In this document: positions 1 through 8,398 of the stretch, one piece after another
Numbering within the stretch: position 1 is the stretch's first letter
Layout of the letters: the number at the start of each line of letters is the position of its first letter
From: Candidatus Saccharimonadota bacterium
GTDB taxonomy: Bacteria > Patescibacteriota > Saccharimonadia > Saccharimonadales > Saccharimonadaceae
Direction of reading: 5' to 3'
Length of the DNA: 32,000 bases
Assembly: GCF_025273655.1 (NCBI RefSeq)
Contig: NZ_CP045921.1
Location: 780,001 to 812,000 of the forward strand
The notes under the pieces: model-generated
The model's input: only the letters and a program-made list of their open reading frames with translations
Databases searched by the model: none
What the model was told of the DNA's origin: nothing
Program-made: the position numbers and the translations under genes

Positions 1-1269
<1,269 letters not shown>

Positions 1270-1271
1270 TT

Positions 1272-1280
1272 ATTATAGCA
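1272..1280 (-). promoter_or_regulatory. Extended -10 box TGCTATAAT for obg, 11 nt upstream of the ATG
   Basis: The minus strand reads TTTTGCTATAATAAATAGCTGATATG. There is no Shine-Dalgarno between the box and the ATG. The box directly abuts the upstream terminator stem. Confidence 0.55.
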
Positions 1281-1310
1281 AAATTGCCTCTATATTGATA
1301 GAGGCAATTT
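1281..1310 (-). terminator. Intrinsic terminator of the LysM-CHAP gene
   Basis: A perfect 13-bp inverted repeat AAATTGCCTCTAT / ATAGAGGCAATTT with a 4-nt loop lies 22 nt after the stop at 1333. On the minus strand the stem runs into TTTT. Confidence 0.7.
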
Positions 1311-1332
1311 GCGTATTTGTCAAACCTAGATC

Positions 1333-2193
1333 CTAGTGAATAAAGTTGTAGTTACTAGCTTGGCTCATAGGAATAGTACGACTCGAGACAACATTGAAGC
1401 CTGCGTAATTCATCTCACTGATCGTAAATGAATCTCCATTGATTGTTTCTACAATTGCAACGTGTCCGTAACCAGCATAGCCACCACCATTTTGCAGGAT
1501 TGCGCCCGGTGCAGGTGTCTTGTTCACAGTGAAGCCTGCCGCCTGTGCATTGATAGCCCAGGTCGAAGCGTTACCCCAGAAGCTACCGATAGGGCGACCC
1601 AGTTGAGCACGGCGCTCATATGCGTACCATGTACAGTTACCAAATGCATAACGGTTGCCGACAGATGCAGACGCGTTTGCAAGTCCCGCCGTGCTACTGA
1701 ATGAGCCTGTACTTTGGCCATTCGACATTTGTGTAGAAGCGGCCGCTGGAGTCGACGCAGGGTCGGCTGGCTTTTGGCCGCCAGGCACGATGAGTTGCAT
1801 ATTGCCATGAATTCCATTTACCTCGAGATCATTGAAGCTAACAATACGCTCAGGCTGCGTCTTCATCTGATCGGCAATCGATTGAACCGAATCTCCGTCT
1901 TTCGTAGTATAGAGCACGCCATCGACCGGCAAGATGACAACATCTCTTCCGGCTTCAACCGCGTCCGACTGAAGGTTATTTGCCCATTTAACAGTCTGCG
2001 GGGATAGATTGTGCGCTTCGGCAATAGACTGGACCGTGTCGCCGGTTTGAGCTTTGTAGCTAGTGATAGTTCGGTTGTCGGCAGTAGGCTGTACAATCTG
2101 TGGCTTTGCAATTACCGTATCATCGGTTTGAGCAATCTCTTGCTTTGCCTGGAGCGAGGTCGAAAGGTTTGCAACGTTTGGGGCCACAGGCAT
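1333..2193 (-). CDS. Secreted peptidoglycan hydrolase with two LysM domains and a C-terminal CHAP domain. These coordinates are the canonical-ATG model; the gene probably extends to 2490/2493 (see findings).
   Basis: LysM repeats are YKAQTGDTVQSIAEAHNLSPQTVKWANNL and YTTKDGDSVQSIADQMKTQPERIVSFNDL. The CHAP signature is FGNCTWYAYERRAQLG ... GYGHVAIVE ... ISEMNY. The frame stays open upstream to a stop at 2512..2514 and encodes a TM helix (VLLYAGVFVLLLSIVSVGYY). Confidence 0.9.
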   Translation of the reverse strand: MPVAPNVANLSTSLQAKQEIAQTDDTVIAKPQIVQPTADNRTITSYKAQTGDTVQSIAEAHNLSPQTVKWANNLQSDAVEAGRDVVILPVDGVLYTTKDGDSVQSIADQMKTQPERIVSFNDLEVNGIHGNMQLIVPGGQKPADPASTPAAASTQMSNGQSTGSFSSTAGLANASASVGNRYAFGNCTWYAYERRAQLGRPIGSFWGNASTWAINAQAAGFTVNKTPAPGAILQNGGGYAGYGHVAIVETINGDSFTISEMNYAGFNVVSSRTIPMSQASNYNFIH

Positions 2194-2729
2194 CTGTGTC
2201 TGAATCGCAAAATTTGCCGCAACGTCAGTTGCTGTCTTCTGATCGAGATCCGTAGATGCCGCTGAATCTGCTGTAGCGGTCGCAGCAACACTTGCCGTCG
2301 GTTCGCTATCACGAGCGCCAGGACGATAATAGCCGACAGATACGATAGAAAGAAGTAGAACAAATACGCCCGCATAGAGCAGTACTTGACGAATAATAGC
2401 TTGTTTATTGGTAGCTGATGCTACTTTGAGACCCGAAGTCTCGCGATGTACACTCTTGACTGAACGTGTGTTCGATTCCTGAGTAGTAATAATCGTTCTC
2501 CTGCGATCACATTACTGTGAACGCTTCTACCATACTTTGTCTTTCTTCTCGCAATAGTTAGAACAGGGCACTTGTCGACCAAATATTAAGTGATATTGTG
2601 TGTAAAGTGCGCAATAAGAGCATGTGCTCCCGTACCCGTACGACAGTTCTGGCAGGCTCATTTGTGGGGTTGATACTTTTTGTTTTTGATATACCCACCA
2701 AAGTTCATCTCACAAATGTGCTACCACTC

Positions 2730-2758
2730 ATGATAGCAAATTAGCCGCAATAAGTCAA
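2730..2758 (-). promoter_or_regulatory. Candidate sigma70-type promoter TTGACT-17-TATCAT for the LysM-CHAP gene
   Basis: The minus strand reads TTGACTtattgcggctaatttgcTATCAT. It lies about 230 nt upstream of the SD/start region at 2490-2502. Confidence 0.4.
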
Positions 2759-2786
2759 TATTTTAGCGTAAGCAAATCAGCTTAAA

Positions 2787-4070
2787 CTACTGTGAAGGCA
2801 AGAGGCAATTCGCCTGACAATGCGCTCTTGTTGCAGCCTCGTGCTCCTCATTTGTCTTAGAGAAATACGTCACACCATCGTCACCGGCCACAAAATACAG
2901 GTAGTCAGTATCCGCTGGACTCGCGCCAGCAACAAGTGCAGAGAGACCCGGATTTGACACAGGCCCGGGCGGCAAGCCTTTATGCGTGCGAGTGTTGTAC
3001 GGCGAATCAAGATCGACCGACGGTGCCACGCCGAGCTTACGCGCACCATAGATGAACGTAACATCGGAACCAAGTGGCATATCTGTAGCTAGGCGCTTAT
3101 GAAACACCTGAGACACCTTGCTCATATCGTCTTTGTTTGATACTTCCGTCTGTACTATTGAGGCAAAGGTGATGCCTTGATAAAGATTCATGCCTTGAGC
3201 TGCGTAGGCAGCCTCGAGATTATTAGCTTTGATATCGTCGTACATGTGATCAAAAATCTTCTCTAGTACATCATCGATCGAAGCACCAGTGTAAAAGTTG
3301 TACGTGTCACCATAGATATACCCCTCGAGATCACTCCCTGCTGGCTTACCATCAAATAGTGGGCTATCGTATGTCTTGCTGAAAGCCGCTTCGATGCTCG
3401 CGGCACTATAGCCAACATCTTCGAGTACTTTGCGAGCATCGGCCAATGTACCGCCGGGGAGAAACGTAAGCGTAAACTCGTCTGGCTTGCCAGATTCAAG
3501 ATGGTCGACAATCTCGCTAACAGACATCCCCTTTGTCAGCACATACACTCCGGCTTTGAGCCCGGTCGACTGATGAATACGATAGTAAATTTCAAATGCG
3601 ATTTCATTTTTGATCACCTGCTTCTCGGCGAGCTGAGAAGCTACGTCAGACGCTGTGCTGCCACTGGCGACGTTGAGCCGCACCGTCTCTGTGGAGCCGG
3701 GATGGACCGATCCAAGCTGCTGCGTATACCATACATATGCACTACCCACGGCAGCGAGTAACAGTACGACAATCGTCAGGATGATACCAAGGATCCACTT
3801 CCAAGCATTCGACTTCTTCGGTGCGACCTTCATCTGTTTAGGCGCTTGATGGTTTTTTGACACGATAGGCGGACGCGTCTGAGGAGGCACCAGCCGAGGT
3901 TTCTCTGATGGAGTGGGCGCAGCCGTCTTCGGCTGGGGCACAGGAGACTGCGGCTGCAGCTGAGCTATGGGACGTGGCTGCGGCGACATGCGCGAAACAG
4001 GAGGAGTCACCGGTGGCCGCGTCTGTGGTGGACGCGGAGCAGGGGTAGGAGGCGGCGTATTAGGCTGCAT
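2787..4070 (-). CDS. mltG: Endolytic murein transglycosylase MltG (YceG family) with a proline-rich cytoplasmic N-terminus and one TM helix
   Basis: YceG motifs are present: GSDVTFIYG, SPYNTRTHKGLPPGPVSNPG, YLYFVAGDDGVTYFSKTNEEH. The TM helix is WKWILGIILTIVVLLLAAVGSAYVWY. I place the start at ATG 4070 (MQPNTPPP), preceded by GGAG 8 nt upstream. The longer ORF reaching 4136 would lie inside ruvX. Confidence 0.9.
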   Translation of the reverse strand: MQPNTPPPTPAPRPPQTRPPVTPPVSRMSPQPRPIAQLQPQSPVPQPKTAAPTPSEKPRLVPPQTRPPIVSKNHQAPKQMKVAPKKSNAWKWILGIILTIVVLLLAAVGSAYVWYTQQLGSVHPGSTETVRLNVASGSTASDVASQLAEKQVIKNEIAFEIYYRIHQSTGLKAGVYVLTKGMSVSEIVDHLESGKPDEFTLTFLPGGTLADARKVLEDVGYSAASIEAAFSKTYDSPLFDGKPAGSDLEGYIYGDTYNFYTGASIDDVLEKIFDHMYDDIKANNLEAAYAAQGMNLYQGITFASIVQTEVSNKDDMSKVSQVFHKRLATDMPLGSDVTFIYGARKLGVAPSVDLDSPYNTRTHKGLPPGPVSNPGLSALVAGASPADTDYLYFVAGDDGVTYFSKTNEEHEAATRAHCQANCLLPSQ

Positions 4071-4470
4071 AATGTTGCTCCAGATAATCTTGCAATATAA
4101 TTGCAGCCGCCTCTTTGTCGATGTCGCCTTTGACATATGGCTTGCCGCGCGATTTTAGGCGGTTTTCGGCAATCACGCTAGTAAGTGATTCATCTTGAAA
4201 GACTATTTTTCCGATATCCTCTAGCTTGCTCGCAAATCCCTCTGCGTAAGCTGATTGCGCCGTCGCCTCACCTTGTTGATTGCGTGGGAAGCCCACCACG
4301 ATGACACCCGCTCCTTCACGTACCACGATTTCGGCTACTTGTTGCACTTCTGTACCGTCTACTTCGATAGTGTCGTATGGTATAGCAATACGCACGCCCG
4401 TATCTGCCGCGGCAACTCCGATACGTCGCTCCCCTACGTCCAGTGCGATGAGTGACTGACTACGCCCCAT
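4060..4470 (-). CDS. ruvX: YqgF/RuvX family putative pre-16S rRNA nuclease / Holliday junction resolvase-like protein
   Basis: The N-terminus SLIALDVGERRIGVAAAD and the 136-aa size are typical of YqgF. The gene overlaps its neighbours by 11 nt at both ends. Confidence 0.9.
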   Translation of the reverse strand: MGRSQSLIALDVGERRIGVAAADTGVRIAIPYDTIEVDGTEVQQVAEIVVREGAGVIVVGFPRNQQGEATAQSAYAEGFASKLEDIGKIVFQDESLTSVIAENRLKSRGKPYVKGDIDKEAAAIILQDYLEQHYAA

Positions 4471-6115
4471 TGTCTGACGAGTTGTTTAACTTGAATTCTA
4501 CGTCTATCTTACCAGTGTCACTCGGCACTTTACTCACCCAGAATGGCCAGAAGTGCACCTCTACGTCTTCGACGCCCTGAATCGACTTGAGATCGGCTTG
4601 AATATCACCGAATTTTTTACCAGCTACACGTTTTTTGACATCTTCATCGTTTATCTGCGGCCCGACTTGCGTCGTTGCAGTCAGTGAAGCTGTGCCCCCA
4701 GTATCGTTCGCGACAAAATTAGATAGCTGCGCGCTGCCAGCGCCACTGTCGTATACACGCTGGTCATCTTCCTTGGATAATTTTGATTCTGTCGCAGCTT
4801 TGATGAATGTGTCGAGCTCAGAGTTTGAAACCCCTTCCATCGCATATGTTACCGACGAAGTGAGTTTGGCGGTACCATTTGGCGCTTCTTGGCCCACTTG
4901 TGGCGACGCGTTGGTATCGGCTTTGAGAGTGCGAAAACTTGAGTCAATTGCTTTCACATTTTTGCCAAACTTCGCGGCAAGTTTTGTTTTGGCGTCGGTG
5001 TCATTTTTCTCGGCAATCTGAGTAGAAGCTTGCTGCACATCTGCCTGAGTCACAATCTTAAGTGTCTTTTTGCTACCCCCGGCCATGTCACCACCCTTCG
5101 CGGATATACCGCTTACCGTAGAATCATAGCTTCTTGCAGACAGGTTACATTGCTCACCGATAGCAGTAGCCTTGACGGCGACGCTCTTCGTACCGGCCAC
5201 AACAGAAAATCCAGATCCATTCCACTTTGGTGTTGCGCCGGGAACAGTCACCTGTTCGCGTGTGACAAATGTACAATCGCCACTGCTAAATCCTGTACCC
5301 GTAGGGACTGTTGCATCATCCGGCGTACCCTTGGAAAGAGTCATTGTTCCACTAGCCGCTTCACCCTGCTCCTGCGTGCCAGTCGCTTGAAAGTCCACGC
5401 TTGACTGTACCACATCTTGCACTTGTACCGACTTCAGTGTGCCTTTTGCCGCGTCTGTCTGTGTATTTGGAGCAATTGTCACCGAAGTGGACAGTTTCTG
5501 TGTACTCGTCTTGGCGGTGATCTCCACCGTAGCGCGTGGCGCAAAGAAGATTGCCCACACCAGAAATACGACAAGGAGTACGCCGCCGAGTCCGATAAGC
5601 AGCATCTTCTTGCGGAAACTACCAAAGTTTGGCACTTTGCCAGCAGCCTTGGGCTTGCGTGGCGATTCGCCAGATTTGGGAGGCGCAGCGTATGGCTTCT
5701 TGCTCGCAGGCACGGTTGTGTCGAGCTTTTCTTCGGCTTCTATGGCCGCTACCGCACTTGCCGTGGCTGCATGCTCACCCACTGGTAACTGCGATCCATC
5801 GATAATATCGTCCTCGTCGTCTACCTTCAGTGCGGCGATCTCAGGGATCTCTGGCTTGCTCTGGAGGTTTTTTGCCACAGGCATACCTGCACCTGCTGCA
5901 AGAGGGATGAGAGACTGATCATGCGTGATAAGTACAATGTGTTTGCCGGATGATTTGGCGGTACGCTGCAGTATGCGCAGATTTACCGCGCTTTGTAGCA
6001 CACCAGTACGCTTGGGGGGTACAAGTGCGACGACTTTTTCTTTACTATCTTTAACCTTTCCGATTATCGCGGTAATATCATCTTCGACATCGATATAGAT
6101 TACGTCTTTGTTCAT
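4460..6115 (-). CDS. Bitopic membrane protein of unknown function. It has a cytoplasmic N-domain, an acidic/Pro-rich linker, one TM helix and a roughly 350-aa extracytoplasmic Ser/Thr/Gly-rich domain that may be baseplate-J-like.
   Basis: The TM helix is MLLIGLGGVLLVVFLVWAIFFAP, around residues 171-193. The segment ASGTMTLSKGTPDDATVPTGTGFSSGDCTFVTREQVTVPG resembles baseplate J/gp47-type repeats from memory only. The gene starts 1 nt after the FtsA-like stop (TAG C ATG). Confidence 0.8.
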   Translation of the reverse strand: MNKDVIYIDVEDDITAIIGKVKDSKEKVVALVPPKRTGVLQSAVNLRILQRTAKSSGKHIVLITHDQSLIPLAAGAGMPVAKNLQSKPEIPEIAALKVDDEDDIIDGSQLPVGEHAATASAVAAIEAEEKLDTTVPASKKPYAAPPKSGESPRKPKAAGKVPNFGSFRKKMLLIGLGGVLLVVFLVWAIFFAPRATVEITAKTSTQKLSTSVTIAPNTQTDAAKGTLKSVQVQDVVQSSVDFQATGTQEQGEAASGTMTLSKGTPDDATVPTGTGFSSGDCTFVTREQVTVPGATPKWNGSGFSVVAGTKSVAVKATAIGEQCNLSARSYDSTVSGISAKGGDMAGGSKKTLKIVTQADVQQASTQIAEKNDTDAKTKLAAKFGKNVKAIDSSFRTLKADTNASPQVGQEAPNGTAKLTSSVTYAMEGVSNSELDTFIKAATESKLSKEDDQRVYDSGAGSAQLSNFVANDTGGTASLTATTQVGPQINDEDVKKRVAGKKFGDIQADLKSIQGVEDVEVHFWPFWVSKVPSDTGKIDVEFKLNNSSDNGA

Positions 6116-6116
6116 G

Positions 6117-7382
6117 CTAGATTCTGAGAATTCGATTGAGTTTTTCTTTTATGTTGTCGCTATCGCCACTGCCTAATATTGTATCATATCCGACGCGTAG
6201 CAGCCCCATAGCCGTGATGAACGTGTGGTCTTTAATTGTGCCTGTTTTGTCTTTGATACCCAATACTTCGGATGGCTTGATATGATGCACGGTAGGCTTT
6301 TTCGTAAACGGCAAATCCTTGTGCCAATCCGACTTCTCAAGCGCCTGCACAAGTGCATCGAGGCTTGAGCCACCGCCACAGAGCAAGATGCGGCTAGGCA
6401 AGTGATCCACCGAGTCAAATTCGCTGAGCGCCAGCTCTACTCCAGACAGCCAGACATCGAGCGTCTTGTCGATTGCCGTCTCCAGATGCTTCTTCACTGT
6501 CGGCTTGATGTGTTCGTTGTCCATATTTACTTTGAGCTTCTCGGCCTGGTCGTAGGTGAGGTCGAGCTCACTGGCGATAGTGCGCGTGAAGCTTCGACCG
6601 CCGATACCAAACATCTTGGTACCCTCGACACCGCCGTCGTTTACTACTGCGATGTCGGTCGTACCACCACCCACGTCTGCCAAGATAGCCGTAAAAGTAC
6701 TGCTGGCATCGGTGCCGAGTACACTGCGGCTGACGGCAAACGGCTCCGCTGCAACTGCAACGAGCTCGAGTGCCAGCTCGTCAGCCACCCGCTCTAGGGC
6801 GCCGATATGAACCATGGGCGCAAAGGCTGTGTAGATCTGTACGGCCACATCTTTACCCTGAAACCCAAGTGGATTTGAGACCTTGTAGCCGTCGATATGG
6901 ATGCCCACGAGCGCGCTGTTGACCAGTTTAATCTCTACGTCTTCATTCGCTGTCTCAAGCGCGATTTGACGCTGCGCCTTCACTTGGGCGCGTTCCTGCA
7001 CCTTATCGATGATAAACTCCATCTCAGCTTCGTCGAGTGGACGATCCGGCTGCGGACGGCGGTAGCGAATAGTGTTCGTGGTGCCCTTTACAAGCTCGCC
7101 TGCAATACCTATGACGGCACGCTTTGCCTGCAGACCCGCCTGGTCTTCAGCCTCAGCAAGCGCTTCTTCACAGTTGCGTACCACACCAGAGATGTCTGCA
7201 ATAGCCCCGGAGTGCATGTCACTCACATCTTGGCGAGCACGACCAACGCCAACCACCTCTAGGTCATCACCCTCGATCTTGGCAATCATCGCTTTCACGA
7301 ACTCCGTACCGATGTCGACGGCGACTATATAATTTTTATCGATAGAGTCGTTTGCGCGTTTTCGTAGCTTATCAAATACCAT
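6117..7382 (-). CDS. FtsA-family actin-fold ATPase
   Basis: Actin-fold phosphate motifs are VAVDIGTEFVKA, DVGGGTTDIAV and LCGGGSSL. An FtsA-like segment is SGAIADISGVVRNCEEALAEAEDQAGLQAKRAVIGIAG. No ftsZ lies downstream. Confidence 0.8.
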   Translation of the reverse strand: MVFDKLRKRANDSIDKNYIVAVDIGTEFVKAMIAKIEGDDLEVVGVGRARQDVSDMHSGAIADISGVVRNCEEALAEAEDQAGLQAKRAVIGIAGELVKGTTNTIRYRRPQPDRPLDEAEMEFIIDKVQERAQVKAQRQIALETANEDVEIKLVNSALVGIHIDGYKVSNPLGFQGKDVAVQIYTAFAPMVHIGALERVADELALELVAVAAEPFAVSRSVLGTDASSTFTAILADVGGGTTDIAVVNDGGVEGTKMFGIGGRSFTRTIASELDLTYDQAEKLKVNMDNEHIKPTVKKHLETAIDKTLDVWLSGVELALSEFDSVDHLPSRILLCGGGSSLDALVQALEKSDWHKDLPFTKKPTVHHIKPSEVLGIKDKTGTIKDHTFITAMGLLRVGYDTILGSGDSDNIKEKLNRILRI

Positions 7383-7392
7383 AGTTGTATTT

Positions 7393-7403
7393 ATTATATA
7401 CCA
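7393..7403 (-). promoter_or_regulatory. Extended -10 region TGGTATATAAT for the ftsA-like/ruvX/mltG operon, 10 nt from the ATG
   Basis: The minus strand reads cTGGTATATAATaaatacaactATG, with no SD. Confidence 0.55.
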
Positions 7404-7426
7404 GTTGTGCTTATGGGGGCAAAGTA

Positions 7427-7455
7427 TTGTTTTTTTATAGTTATTATGCTATAAT
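7427..7455 (+). promoter_or_regulatory. Promoter TTGTTT-17-(TGc)TATAAT, 7 nt upstream of ATG 7463
   Basis: The sequence read directly is TTGTTTttttatagttattaTGCTATAATatatattATG, with no SD. Confidence 0.6.
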
Positions 7456-7462
7456 ATATATT

Positions 7463-8398
7463 ATGACAGAATTCTCGTCACAGCACGAAAATCTTACACC
7501 CCAACCTCGTCGAGCATCACGACGTTTTAATTTACCTGTCGACGATTCAACTGATTTGCGCGATACACTTCTCAACGCTTCCGAGTATGTGTTGACGATT
7601 GGCACACCGGATGTAGTAGAAAAATCGGCGCGAGATGTGACACTCAGAACTGACCATAGTGAAACTGATAGCCAATTTGGCTATGCATGGAATAAATTTG
7701 ACTCTGCTTCAGCCACATTTAAACGCGAGTATGCTAAAGCACCCTTTGCCGACATCACTCTCACCACACCCCAGTATTACGACTCAGCGACGCTGCATTA
7801 CGAGGAGTACGGCTCCTGGACACTGACGCTCGCCCAGGATAATAGCCCAACCGATATTGTCGCAAACCACACTTTGTTAAGCCTACTAGACAACAAAATA
7901 TCCAGCAATATTGCCACCACGGAGTTGTTTAGTCGATCGTTTACCATGAACAATGATGAATTCGCCGAAGCAATCGTAGACATGCTAGAAAGTCTCGCCA
8001 GCACACGAACAGAAAGCCGAGTATACAAAGCAACGGAGCTCATATATAACGACGCCTACAAAAGTGAGGTAACAGCCGAAATTGTTCGCGCTGAAGGTCC
8101 ACAGGCAGTTGATAATATAGTGCGCATGAGTGTTTCTGGTATGCCAATTACGCCACGATCTAATCCCAGCGCACCTGCTGTACTCGTGACGTCAATCTAT
8201 GAATACACCTATAGTATTCCGTATGATACGAACCTAATAGAAAACGAACAGTGTATTTTTACAATACAAGCCGATAAACCTCTGGATGAAGCGATTCTCC
8301 AGGAGCTGGTAAGTGATACTGACGCCGAGGCAAGAGCAGGAGATGTGTTCCGTAAGGCAATCGGTATGGTATGCGATAAGTCAGCTAGACTAGAATAG
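7463..8398 (+). CDS. Hypothetical acidic soluble protein (311 aa), orphan
   Basis: This is a long ORF in which I recognise no motif. I place the start at ATG 7463 (MTEFSSQHEN), directly behind the promoter. The upstream extension to 7385 (MYLLYTSCAYGG...) overlaps that promoter and looks non-coding. The 3' end overlaps alaS convergently by 14 nt. Confidence 0.65.
   Translation: MTEFSSQHENLTPQPRRASRRFNLPVDDSTDLRDTLLNASEYVLTIGTPDVVEKSARDVTLRTDHSETDSQFGYAWNKFDSASATFKREYAKAPFADITLTTPQYYDSATLHYEEYGSWTLTLAQDNSPTDIVANHTLLSLLDNKISSNIATTELFSRSFTMNNDEFAEAIVDMLESLASTRTESRVYKATELIYNDAYKSEVTAEIVRAEGPQAVDNIVRMSVSGMPITPRSNPSAPAVLVTSIYEYTYSIPYDTNLIENEQCIFTIQADKPLDEAILQELVSDTDAEARAGDVFRKAIGMVCDKSARLE

Noticed and set aside
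2466-2486. GTGTTCGATTCCTGAG, which resembles a tRNA T-loop
   Set aside because: The flanking bases cannot form a T-stem, there is no acceptor or anticodon arm, and the sequence lies within the coding extension of the LysM-CHAP gene.
2515-2730. A ydaO/cyclic-di-AMP riboswitch upstream of the cell-wall hydrolase gene
   Set aside because: I searched by eye for the conserved GGGGACCCA / GGGGUGAAUC / CAGCUAACCUCGUAAGC-type segments and did not find them. I kept only the observation of a long leader.
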